A stretch of DNA of 64,000 nt from Bacilli bacterium (GTDB lineage Bacteria > Bacillota_I > Bacilli_A > ML615J-28 > CAG-698). Each line of letters starts with the position of its first letter. Positions within the stretch are counted from its first letter, which is position 1. Below the pieces are notes generated by a model, which saw only the letters and a list, made by a program, of their open reading frames with translations, was not told the origin of the DNA and did not search any database. Both the position numbers and the translations under genes were made by a program. Positions 10,074 through 18,440 of this stretch are shown here, piece after piece. The stretch is from contig JBMNLZ010000003.1 of NCBI GenBank assembly GCA_050953065.1, positions 288,001-352,000 on the forward strand, read 5' to 3'.

Positions 10074-11768
10074 TTATTTAATCGTAATACGTCCAGCTAC
10101 TTCCTGATAAACAGAAAAGTCACCATCTAAATTATCTTCTACATAATCAATTAATGTTTGATAGTCTGGTTGTGCAGAATCAACTAAAAGTTCATGATCC
10201 TTCAATAAAAGTCCCATGCCACAACCTCCATTCTTGATTATGTAATCAGATGAAGCAAGAGTATAAATAAAAGAAGGATTAATTAATTCCCATTCACCAT
10301 TCTTTAAAACATACACTTCACTAACACGGCGTGCACCTTCTTTAAAGCCAGTTAAGTTTCCATTACTATCCATTTCTACAGGAGTCTCTATTGAAGTATC
10401 AACTGTTACTTTAAGTCCAGAAATTTGCATAAAACTGCCAGATTCTCCATATGCTTCACCATTTTTTGCATATTCACTTTGCACATCCTTATAGAAATAC
10501 TCAAGCATATCAAGTACTTCAGCACCTGTTAGCTTAACTACACAGTTTAGATTTCCAAAAGGATGAACATTTATTAAGTCACTTAATTTAATATCACCAG
10601 CTTCTAAACTTGCACGAATACCTCCACCATTACACATACCAATATCAGCATTAAATACAATACGAACCGCATCAGCACAAAAATCACCAATTGCAGTTTC
10701 ACGAGAACGAACAATGCGTATGCCATCTTCATCCTTAATAGAAAGATCAAAATCAAGTGTAGCAATTTTATTGCTTAAAAATGCTTCATAGACTCCTTCT
10801 GCATTTTCTAACCACGCCTTAACCGTTTCATCTTTATTTTCATAATTAGAAATATTACTAGTCGTAATACTTCCTTCAGAAGAAATAATAAGTTCACCAA
10901 TATTAGTCATACCTGTACCAGTAGAAGCAAGTATAACTGTTTTATTATCCTTTGATGTTACTTCCATACCATCAATTACAGAATGTGAATGTCCATCAAG
11001 CACAACATCAATTCCAGTAGTATTTTTGATAACATTAGTAGAACTATACAAAACTTCTTCTTCAAAATAGCCAAGATGTGCTAGAAGAACAACAAATTCA
11101 GCACCTTCTAAACGGCAACTATCAACAGCATTTTGCACTGCTAAATATAAAGCATCACCAATACCATCTCTACAAAAATCATAAACTTGTTGACCGTTTT
11201 CTTCAAAATATGATGGAGTTGAACTAGAAGGCGTATAAGGAGTTGTTACACCTACAAAGCCAACCTTTGTTCCACCAAAATCCTTTATGGCATAAGGAGT
11301 TGTCTTTGAAAGCATATTTTCCCCATTACCAGTATAAGTAATATTACAGTTTAAATATTGTGCAGTTGATTCTTCAAGAATTGCTTTTGTTCCTTCAAGC
11401 TTATAATCAAACTCATGATTACCAAGTATGCAATAATCATATCCTACTTTATTTTTAGCTTCAATAATTAAAAGCCCTTTAGATGCGGCACTTAAATAAT
11501 TGCCTTGAACAGAATCTCCGCAATCTACTAAAGCTACATAAGGCGTATTTGCTTCTTTTTCTTGCTTATATGCTGCAAGACCATCCATGCCTATATTTTT
11601 GTTAATAGATGCATGAATGTCATTCGTATAAAGAATTACTATATCCTCTGTACGTTTTGATTCTTCATTCTCTCTTATTTTCTTACAACCCATAAGTGTA
11701 AAAATAAAGAACACCATCATACCTGTTAAAAAGAATACCATTAATTTTTTCTTTAAAATTCTTGACAT
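10074..11768 (-). CDS. Bifunctional metallophosphatase/5'-nucleotidase lipoprotein
   Basis: Lipobox LMGC; YTNDIH, DCGD, LGNHEFDY, LAHLG, DGHSH metallophosphoesterase motifs; NGGGIRA C-terminal domain. Confidence 0.93.
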   Translation of the reverse strand: MSRILKKKLMVFFLTGMMVFFIFTLMGCKKIRENEESKRTEDIVILYTNDIHASINKNIGMDGLAAYKQEKEANTPYVALVDCGDSVQGNYLSAASKGLLIIEAKNKVGYDYCILGNHEFDYKLEGTKAILEESTAQYLNCNITYTGNGENMLSKTTPYAIKDFGGTKVGFVGVTTPYTPSSSTPSYFEENGQQVYDFCRDGIGDALYLAVQNAVDSCRLEGAEFVVLLAHLGYFEEEVLYSSTNVIKNTTGIDVVLDGHSHSVIDGMEVTSKDNKTVILASTGTGMTNIGELIISSEGSITTSNISNYENKDETVKAWLENAEGVYEAFLSNKIATLDFDLSIKDEDGIRIVRSRETAIGDFCADAVRIVFNADIGMCNGGGIRASLEAGDIKLSDLINVHPFGNLNCVVKLTGAEVLDMLEYFYKDVQSEYAKNGEAYGESGSFMQISGLKVTVDTSIETPVEMDSNGNLTGFKEGARRVSEVYVLKNGEWELINPSFIYTLASSDYIIKNGGCGMGLLLKDHELLVDSAQPDYQTLIDYVEDNLDGDFSVYQEVAGRITIK

Positions 11769-12046
11769 TTATTTTTCTCCTTTTTAATAATTAAAACTTT
11801 TAAATACATTTTTATTATACATCACATTTTTCTAAATATAGTATAACATTGTTTTTTATTTATTTGCAACGTTTTTTCTTAATGTTACAGATAAATCGTT
11901 GCAATTTAAAACATAATCCTTCTTTTGTTAATTCTTTATTACTTTAAGCCTATTATACAAAACGGGGTAAAATAAAGGTATTGATTTTTTTCAAAAAAAG
12001 GAGTACAATGAAGTAGTAAGTAGATAAAATTATGGAGGGTATTTTA

Positions 12047-13402
12047 ATGAAAAAAACAACAAGTATTTTATTAATGTTAGTAATGGGGTTAGTTTTTTTA
12101 AACCTATCAGCTTGTAATTCAAGCAAAAAAAATGAAGCTTTATACTCGCTTGATATTAGCGATGCACAAAGTCTTTTTGTAGGAATAGCAGAACAAGCAT
12201 CTCCTACAAGTAATGTTACTAAACTTAGTGCAAATAGCAGCACTAAACTTGCAGCATCTGCTGAACCTAAAATTAAAAAATTATTTAAAATTACAGAAGA
12301 AGGCTATGTTGAAGAAGTTGAGTATACATATGTTGATAGCAAAGGAAATCAAACACAATCAAAAGAAATAAACATTCCAACATTTGTAAAAAATGTCAAT
12401 GATACTTTTTTACTAATAGCATTTGAAAATGACGCACTTTATTTAGTGAATAAAACAAACGGAAGATGTTATTTGTTTCCAAAAGGTATTGTAATGGCAC
12501 TTACAAGAAATAGTAACCTTGAATTTTCTGACTATGTTCCAAATTGTGAGTTTTTCAATACTGATGCAGAAGGCAATTTTTATTTTATGGATAGAAATGG
12601 TAAACTTCAAAAAGTTATAATTGCTGATCCTGATAATATACAAGTTACTGTTGCATCAATTGAATCAGACGAGTTAGATTGGAATAGTATTTCAGCAGTT
12701 TCTTCTAATGGTGAGATTGCATATCGCGGTAAAGACAAAAACGGTAATGACATAAATAGATTTATTACACAAAGCGGATCATTTGTAAATATGGGCGATG
12801 CTACATCTGGTGGTGATTATTGGACTGGATTTGATGGAAAAATTTATTGTGTAAATAATTATAAACTATGCAGATTAAAATATGAAAATTCTGCGATAAC
12901 TTATGAAATAATTGCTGATGAATTTAATCATTTTAATTACGATGGTACAGCACAATATTATGCAGGTAGCAATAATGGAGGACGAGTATATTTTAAGGAA
13001 CATAATAAAATTTTTGCGATGGCAAATCAACATATTATTGAAGTTTATAACCCAACATTAAATGTAGTTTCAAAAAGCTATAGTGATTTTGGAATATCTA
13101 AACCAAAAATATATTCAAATTCAGATGATTGTTTATATATGTTTGCTGTAACTCCAGAAAATAATTCAGTTTTAATAAAAGTTGATGTTTCTGGTGATGA
13201 GTATACTAAAACAGTTTTATTAGAAAACAAATATGATATCGACAAAATGGCTGTAAACAGCGAAGGAGTAGTTTCATTTACTGGTTTAAGGATGTCAGAT
13301 TCAGCTTATGTTGTTGGTACAATAGATGCTGATGGTGTAGAACATATTTCTAGCATCTCATTCCAAGAAGACAGTGTTCAATCTTTAATCAATTTAAATT
13401 AA
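12047..13402 (+). CDS. Putative lipoprotein (beta-rich, function unknown)
   Basis: MKK, hydrophobic stretch and LSAC lipobox; GGAGG RBS; followed by a terminator. Confidence 0.75.
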   Translation: MKKTTSILLMLVMGLVFLNLSACNSSKKNEALYSLDISDAQSLFVGIAEQASPTSNVTKLSANSSTKLAASAEPKIKKLFKITEEGYVEEVEYTYVDSKGNQTQSKEINIPTFVKNVNDTFLLIAFENDALYLVNKTNGRCYLFPKGIVMALTRNSNLEFSDYVPNCEFFNTDAEGNFYFMDRNGKLQKVIIADPDNIQVTVASIESDELDWNSISAVSSNGEIAYRGKDKNGNDINRFITQSGSFVNMGDATSGGDYWTGFDGKIYCVNNYKLCRLKYENSAITYEIIADEFNHFNYDGTAQYYAGSNNGGRVYFKEHNKIFAMANQHIIEVYNPTLNVVSKSYSDFGISKPKIYSNSDDCLYMFAVTPENNSVLIKVDVSGDEYTKTVLLENKYDIDKMAVNSEGVVSFTGLRMSDSAYVVGTIDADGVEHISSISFQEDSVQSLINLN

Positions 13403-13431
13403 TTATTATGTTTGTTTGATTATAATATAAT

Positions 13432-13463
13432 AAAATTCTCCCCAAAGTTTGGGGAGAATTTTT
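13432..13463 (+). terminator. Rho-independent terminator
   Basis: aaaattctccccaaa-g-tttggggagaattttt. Confidence 0.85.
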
Positions 13464-13501
13464 ATTTACCAAGTAATTTTAGAAATATAAAACCACTCAT
13501 T

Positions 13502-13565
13502 ATCTTTACTTTTTTTGTTTGAAATCTTTACTTTTTGATTGTTTTATGCTATAACAAGTAAAGAT
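13502..13565 (+). promoter_or_regulatory. Promoter of HTH-Fic gene with repeated operator boxes
   Basis: TTTACT(13527)-17 bp-TATAAC(13550) with extended TG; atctttactttt direct repeats at 13502 and 13524 and an inverted copy aagtaaagat at 13556. Confidence 0.6.
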
Positions 13566-13581
13566 TTAAAAGGGGGTATTT

Positions 13582-14493
13582 ATGTATTCTTACAAACCTT
13601 TAGAAACAAAACTCAATAATTTAGGCTTAACCAAATCAGATTTAACTACAAAACTTGGTATTTCATCAAGAACTATTGCAAAACTTTCAAAAGGAGAAAA
13701 ACTAGCAAATCATGTCCTTCTTAAAATTGCTGATTTCTTACATTGCAATCCAGAAGACTTATTTAGATTTGTTTGCGATAACCACATTTTACAAATTCTT
13801 CGTGAAGAAAAAGAAGCAAAGGTATCTGGTGGTCTTTACCATGAATTGCAAGTTAGAATGACTTTTAACTCCAATCGGATTGAAGGCTCTAAACTAACCG
13901 AAGACCAAACACGGTTAATCTTCAAAACACGAACAATCAATGTCGGTGATGATGTGCCAGTTGATGATATTATTGAAACAAGCAATCACTTCCAAGCTAT
14001 TGATTATGTCATTGATTCTGCTCTCAAACCTTTAAGCGAAGAAATCATTATGGACCTTCATTTACTTTTAAAGCAAAGTACTAAAGATTCCTCACTCGAC
14101 TGGTTCATCGTTGGTGATTATAAAAAACGAGCCAATCTAGTCGGTGGCAAAGAAACTTGCAAGCCAAGTGAAGTTCCTAAAATCATGAGCAAACTAATTA
14201 ACGATTTTACTTCAAAAAAAGCCATTACAATCAATGACATAGTTGAGTTTCATGCTGATTTTGAATATATCCATCCATTTCAAGATGGTAATGGTAGAGT
14301 CGGTAGATTGATTGCTTTGAAAGAATGTTTAAAATTTAATATCATTCCTTTCATAATCGAAGATTCAAAAAAAGCTTTTTACTACCGAGGTCTTTCTAAT
14401 TGGAAACAAGAGAAAAGCTGGCTCATTGATACTTGCCTTAATGGGCAAGATACTTTCAAAAAAATTCTAAAAACACTTGATATTCAAGAATAA
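13582..14493 (+). CDS. Fic-family protein with N-terminal Cro/C1-type HTH
   Basis: N-terminal SYKPL...LGISSRTIAKL HTH; SNRIEG; canonical Fic motif HPFQDGNGRVGR. Confidence 0.92.
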   Translation: MYSYKPLETKLNNLGLTKSDLTTKLGISSRTIAKLSKGEKLANHVLLKIADFLHCNPEDLFRFVCDNHILQILREEKEAKVSGGLYHELQVRMTFNSNRIEGSKLTEDQTRLIFKTRTINVGDDVPVDDIIETSNHFQAIDYVIDSALKPLSEEIIMDLHLLLKQSTKDSSLDWFIVGDYKKRANLVGGKETCKPSEVPKIMSKLINDFTSKKAITINDIVEFHADFEYIHPFQDGNGRVGRLIALKECLKFNIIPFIIEDSKKAFYYRGLSNWKQEKSWLIDTCLNGQDTFKKILKTLDIQE

Positions 14494-14499
14494 TTTTTT

Positions 14500-14528
14500 A
14501 AGTCGTCCTAAAAAGGACGACTTTTTTT
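14500..14528 (+). terminator. Rho-independent terminator
   Basis: aagtcgtcct-aaa-aggacgact followed by T-run. Confidence 0.85.
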
Positions 14529-14559
14529 ATTTGGCTAGATATCTATCATTAAACTCAAT

Positions 14560-14824
14560 ATGAAATTTGTTGGTTTTGTAGATAATTCAAAAATTCAGAA
14601 TTTTCTCATAGCTTCTTCTTTTACAAGTTCCCTTTCTCCACAAATATATTTATATGATTATATATGCCGAAAATTAACCTCTGGTTATGAGCAACAAAAA
14701 AAGTTTGATATTTTATATCAAACCCTTGCTTCTTATGAATATTTGGATTATATGAAGAAGTTTGGGGTTTGAGTACACCTATGAATTTCTTTGGAGTCAC
14801 CACTATCTTCTTCATAGAGGCTAA
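14560..14824 (+). pseudogene. Possible gene remnant of unknown family
   Basis: 70 aa ORF without RBS; a shifted frame continues LGFEYTYEFLWSHHYLLHRG to a stop. Confidence 0.25.
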
Positions 14825-14915
14825 ATTCTTCTAGGATAAAGTATAGTTTAATTTATTATATTAATAGATGAATCTATAAAAACAACCAAATAACAATAAA
14901 AATTCAGAAATAAAT

Positions 14916-14950
14916 AAAAGGCATTTCATAATTGTGAAGTGCCTTTTTTT
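14916..14950. terminator. Terminator hairpin (possibly bidirectional)
   Basis: aaaaggcatttcat-aatt-gtgaagtgccttttttt. Confidence 0.7.
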
Positions 14951-15056
14951 GATCACTAACTTCTCCAAAGGGCCCTTCTTATTTGGTAAAGAATAATCAT
15001 TTTAATACAAAGCAAATACACATACCTTTTGGTAAAATGTTCTCTACACTATTATT

Positions 15057-15227
15057 TTATACTTCTTTTTCAAAAACTACAACACAGGCACCTAGTCAAG
15101 CAGAAAAGTCATATTTGACTAATCTCCAGCCTTCAATTACTCTTTTATTTAGTAAGCCTTGTAGTTTTACAGTTAAGTTCTTTTTGCTTATTCCATAAGC
15201 TATTGTTTCAGTTAAATACTAGTACAT
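15057..15227 (-). pseudogene. Small DUF4177-like gene with two nonsense codons
   Basis: MY*YLTETIAYGISKKNLTVKLQGLLNKRVIEGWRLVKYDFSA*LGACVVVFEKEV; the N-term EY / GWRLV / VFEKE pattern resembles DUF4177. Confidence 0.5.
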
Positions 15228-15334
15228 AAATTTCAATTTCCTTTTCAATGGCATTACATCTTTCTCATAGTATTGTAGATAATTTTTGTAATTTCTAATA
15301 TACCCAAAGTTTTGATAGGGAAAATAATAACCGT

Positions 15335-15430
15335 AGTCCATCTATTAACCGTTGCGAACGGAACATTTAATCTATCAGCTAATTCTGTTATGTTATATTC
15401 AATTTAGTTCTAATCACTGTTACCAATTTT
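15335..15430 (-). pseudogene. Decayed XRE-type HTH regulator
   Basis: IRTKLNIT / TELADRLNVPFATVNRW across a 1-bp frameshift; no intact start. Confidence 0.6.
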
Positions 15431-15573
15431 AAATAATTTATATAGCGTATCTTACAATAATATGACTCATATAACATTTTATAGCCTATTTTTCAATCAA
15501 ATGAGTACACTAAATTTATAAATTTGAATACTCCTACTTTTTTGAGTAAATAATTAAAACATCAGTATTGAAA

Positions 15574-16107
15574 CTAATCAGAAATTGCTTTATTAATTTC
15601 ATTATAATTCCAATATTCTTTTCCATCAGTTTCTTTATAATACATAACTATGTGAGTTCCATAGCCTTTTATGCATTCAGGGCATTTTGATTTATCAACA
15701 TTTGCATAATTATAAATAACAACTATTTTTTTGATTAAGTTGTCTTGATAATCTTTTAATGCCATTTCACATTCATATTCTATATAGCTTCTATAATCCA
15801 AAGCATTATTTCTACAACATCTCTTATTATAACTGTTGTAACTTTTACAATGTTGGCATCCCCCTTTTGTTAAATTTTTAGTTTGCTTTCCAACAATTAA
15901 TACGAATGTTTTAGAAACATTTAGCCTTTTTCGTAATGATGTTTTAATACTGCATAATAAATCATCATCCGATGCTTGTGTATATTCATGCGCATCAACA
16001 AAATCAAGTGTTAACTTATTATTTTTTTTCCATTCATATAATGTTTTTATTGCATCTTCATCTCCAGTCCAATCTCCAGCAATATATGTTTTAGTTCTAT
16101 ATTCCAT
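15574..16107 (-). CDS. thsB: TIR-like (MTH538/DUF1863) protein, Thoeris ThsB-like, with Cys-rich insert
   Basis: TYIAGDW...DFVDAHE...SIKTSLRKRLNVSKTFVLIVG...YIEYECEMA (catalytic Glu); CQHC..CC insert. Confidence 0.75.
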   Translation of the reverse strand: MEYRTKTYIAGDWTGDEDAIKTLYEWKKNNKLTLDFVDAHEYTQASDDDLLCSIKTSLRKRLNVSKTFVLIVGKQTKNLTKGGCQHCKSYNSYNKRCCRNNALDYRSYIEYECEMALKDYQDNLIKKIVVIYNYANVDKSKCPECIKGYGTHIVMYYKETDGKEYWNYNEINKAISD

Positions 16108-16133
16108 TTTATTCTCCTTTATATTTTTTTAAT

Positions 16134-16784
16134 TTATTTTTTAATTATAGAAAGCAAATCTTTTATTGAATTAACAGTATAGAAATCACTTGTTTTAAGA
16201 GGAAACTCAATTGAAAATGAAAAACGGGAATCATGAACCAATTGTTCCTTTAAGTGTTTGAGTTCATTTTCGAATTCATTAGCAATTTTGTTTTCTAAAT
16301 AAAGCCACGGCGATAAAGTTTGTTTTAACTTACCAGTATTAATGAATATAAAAATTTTAGACGACTTTATGGTATCAATTAACGAATCAGCCAAAATCAT
16401 ATTAAAAGTTGACGCAGATTGTCGTACTTTATCGTAAGAAAGTTTCCCATTATCCTTGCTATTAATTTCATCAAATTCAACTTGAGAATCATCAATGCTT
16501 TTCCAAAAAAAGGAATCAATAAAAACCTTGTAACTATTATTCATTAATACATTAGCTACATATGTTGCAATCTCTTCGTCATCATGCGAATAAGAGATAA
16601 AAATATCACAGTCCTTTACTATTGGGACAATAGATTTTCTAATTTTTTCCATAGGCATTTTGCTTGAAGATTTGAGTGCTTCATCAATTTTCATATTTAA
16701 ATTATTATTTAAACATTTAAATGCACAGCCATCATAACTATCCTGAATTTCACTTTTGGTTATTTTTAAAACTATTTTTTTCAT
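16134..16784 (-). CDS. TIR-domain protein (TIR_2-like), Thoeris-associated
   Basis: DIFISYSHDD box 1, VFIDS, SPWLYLENKIA catalytic Glu; TAATG coupling to the upstream TIR gene. Confidence 0.8.
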   Translation of the reverse strand: MKKIVLKITKSEIQDSYDGCAFKCLNNNLNMKIDEALKSSSKMPMEKIRKSIVPIVKDCDIFISYSHDDEEIATYVANVLMNNSYKVFIDSFFWKSIDDSQVEFDEINSKDNGKLSYDKVRQSASTFNMILADSLIDTIKSSKIFIFINTGKLKQTLSPWLYLENKIANEFENELKHLKEQLVHDSRFSFSIEFPLKTSDFYTVNSIKDLLSIIKK

Positions 16785-17347
16785 TACATAATTCCCCATG
16801 ATTTATAAGCCTGATCATTATAGTAATTTAATGATGTTGCTGGATAATTATTATCAACAACTGAAAATTGAGAAATAGCAGCAAAAATTGGTTCTTTTTT
16901 AAAAGGAACATGAATACATTTTGCCAACTTATTATTAATATACTTTAAAAGATTTTTACACCACGCCGATGAAAGAAGTGAAGGGTCTTTAATCTTTTTA
17001 TAGCCGACATAAACTACAATAATAGGAAGTTTATATGTTACGACAGCTAGTTCAATTTCATAATTCAACATTCCTCTATTGAAACTTGTATCATTAGAAA
17101 TAATAACTAAAAAGTTTTTAGAATTCTTCATTCTGTCTTTAAGTCGTTGTTTAAGTGTTTCTTCAGAACTTGAATCTCTAACCTGGTATGTTTTGCTATG
17201 ACTATCACTAAAAGTAAATTCAATATCACTATTTTCTTTCCATGCCTTCAATAATTGAAAGTATTTTTGGTCACTTTTTGTGGGGTCAACTTCATTATTT
17301 CCATCGAAAGCTACGTATGTTCCATTTCTATAATCACTCATTTTCAT
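16784..17347 (-). CDS. thsB: TIR-like (DUF1863) protein, Thoeris ThsB-like
   Basis: YVAFDG...LLKAW...FSDSH...LKQRLKDRMKNSKNFLVIIS...LNYEIELA...LPIIVVY. Confidence 0.8.
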   Translation of the reverse strand: MKMSDYRNGTYVAFDGNNEVDPTKSDQKYFQLLKAWKENSDIEFTFSDSHSKTYQVRDSSSEETLKQRLKDRMKNSKNFLVIISNDTSFNRGMLNYEIELAVVTYKLPIIVVYVGYKKIKDPSLLSSAWCKNLLKYINNKLAKCIHVPFKKEPIFAAISQFSVVDNNYPATSLNYYNDQAYKSWGIM

Positions 17348-18192
17348 TCTCCTTTTTCAAAAGTTCTTAATCTTTCAAAATTAATCTTATTTCTTATTTT
17401 TGGTAGCAAAACAATATTAAGAGATGCTGGATCTGAAAAAGATACTTTAGATAATTTAAAGGTTGAAATCATTGCCTCTAGTGCATCTTGATATGAAATA
17501 CTTGTTCCATCAATCCTTGTTATTCCAGTGCCACATAGTGGTAAATATAATTTTTTTAAATTATAAATTCCATTAAGTTCATTCCACATTCTAAGCAAAC
17601 AGCATACATATTCTTCACTTGAAATATTGCTATTATCATTTTCATCAAAACTACTAAAAGCAACTAAAGCGTATCTCCCTTGGTATATAATCGTTGTTCC
17701 TAATTCATATTTTGTCGTACGCCCGCCATTTATTCTGTTACAATTTTCTTTTTTTATTCTTTTCTTTTTACTTAATAAACAATTATCTATTTCTTTTTCA
17801 AAAGCTCTAACATCATTTATATGCTTATCTATAAATATTCCATTTCTAGAATTATGTGCTATTATTTTATCATCAACAATAACATCAAAATATTCATTAA
17901 AATTTACCGTTTCAATACCATCATTAAAGTCTTCCAAATTTCCAAATAATATATTAACATTGGTGTTATTAATCGTTAATGTTATTGAATCGGATTTTTT
18001 CGCTTTTGAATACATAATCAAATAAGAGAACACTATTGCAACAATACATAAACTAAAACAAATTATTGGGATATACCAAGGGAGTAAAAATGAACCTATA
18101 ATAGTAATTACAAACGAAAATATTGTTTCAATAATACCTAATGGTTTAAGAAAACGCTCAAGTAGATTTTTATCAAAAAATTTAATATTCAT
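17344..18192 (-). CDS. thsA: Type II Thoeris effector ThsA-like (two TM helices + macrodomain, DUF6430-like)
   Basis: Two N-terminal hydrophobic helices, then NEYFD, YELGT, LPLCGTGITRI macrodomain motifs; first gene of an operon with three TIR genes. Confidence 0.8.
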   Translation of the reverse strand: MNIKFFDKNLLERFLKPLGIIETIFSFVITIIGSFLLPWYIPIICFSLCIVAIVFSYLIMYSKAKKSDSITLTINNTNVNILFGNLEDFNDGIETVNFNEYFDVIVDDKIIAHNSRNGIFIDKHINDVRAFEKEIDNCLLSKKKRIKKENCNRINGGRTTKYELGTTIIYQGRYALVAFSSFDENDNSNISSEEYVCCLLRMWNELNGIYNLKKLYLPLCGTGITRIDGTSISYQDALEAMISTFKLSKVSFSDPASLNIVLLPKIRNKINFERLRTFEKGE

Positions 18193-18240
18193 AATTCCCT
18201 CGTATAATTAATTAAAAAAAATTTTATATCTTATTAATTT

Positions 18241-18330
18241 CTTTCTTAATTTTGTCATTGTGTTGGGTGCTATATCTGCTACTTTTCTTAGATCAGCTTT
18301 ACTCTTTTTTTGTCTGCTAGTAGTTTCCAT
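18241..18330 (-). pseudogene. Truncated Cro/C1 (HTH_26) regulator remnant
   Basis: WKLLADKK / SKADLRKVADIAPNTMTKLRK across a 1-bp frameshift; the expected N-terminal SYxKL segment is missing. Confidence 0.65.
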
Positions 18331-18360
18331 CTAATATGTGTTGAGTTACCTATTTTAATA

Positions 18361-18440
18361 CAATTACGCACCCTTGCAAAAAATCACGCACCCTAAGGTC
18401 AAATCACGCACCCCTGACTAGTTTTACGCACCCCTAGTCA
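18361..18440. repeat. Four 20-bp-period direct repeats with ACGCACCC core
   Basis: caattacgcacccttgcaaa / aaatcacgcaccctaaggtc / aaatcacgcacccctgacta / gttttacgcacccctagtca. Confidence 0.9.

Noticed and set aside
11864-11904. ttgcaacg/cgttgcaa inverted repeat between divergent lipoprotein genes
   Set aside because: Only 8 bp with a 25-bp spacer; too weak to call without comparative data.
15057-15227. In-frame TGA as evidence for genetic code 4
   Set aside because: The same ORF also has an in-frame TAG, and intact genes (e.g. those ending at 1614, 17344, 24227) use TGA as stop.
18361-18440. 20-bp repeats as a mini-CRISPR or plasmid iterons
   Set aside because: The core is only 8-9 bp with variable parts too short for spacers; no adjacent cas or rep gene.
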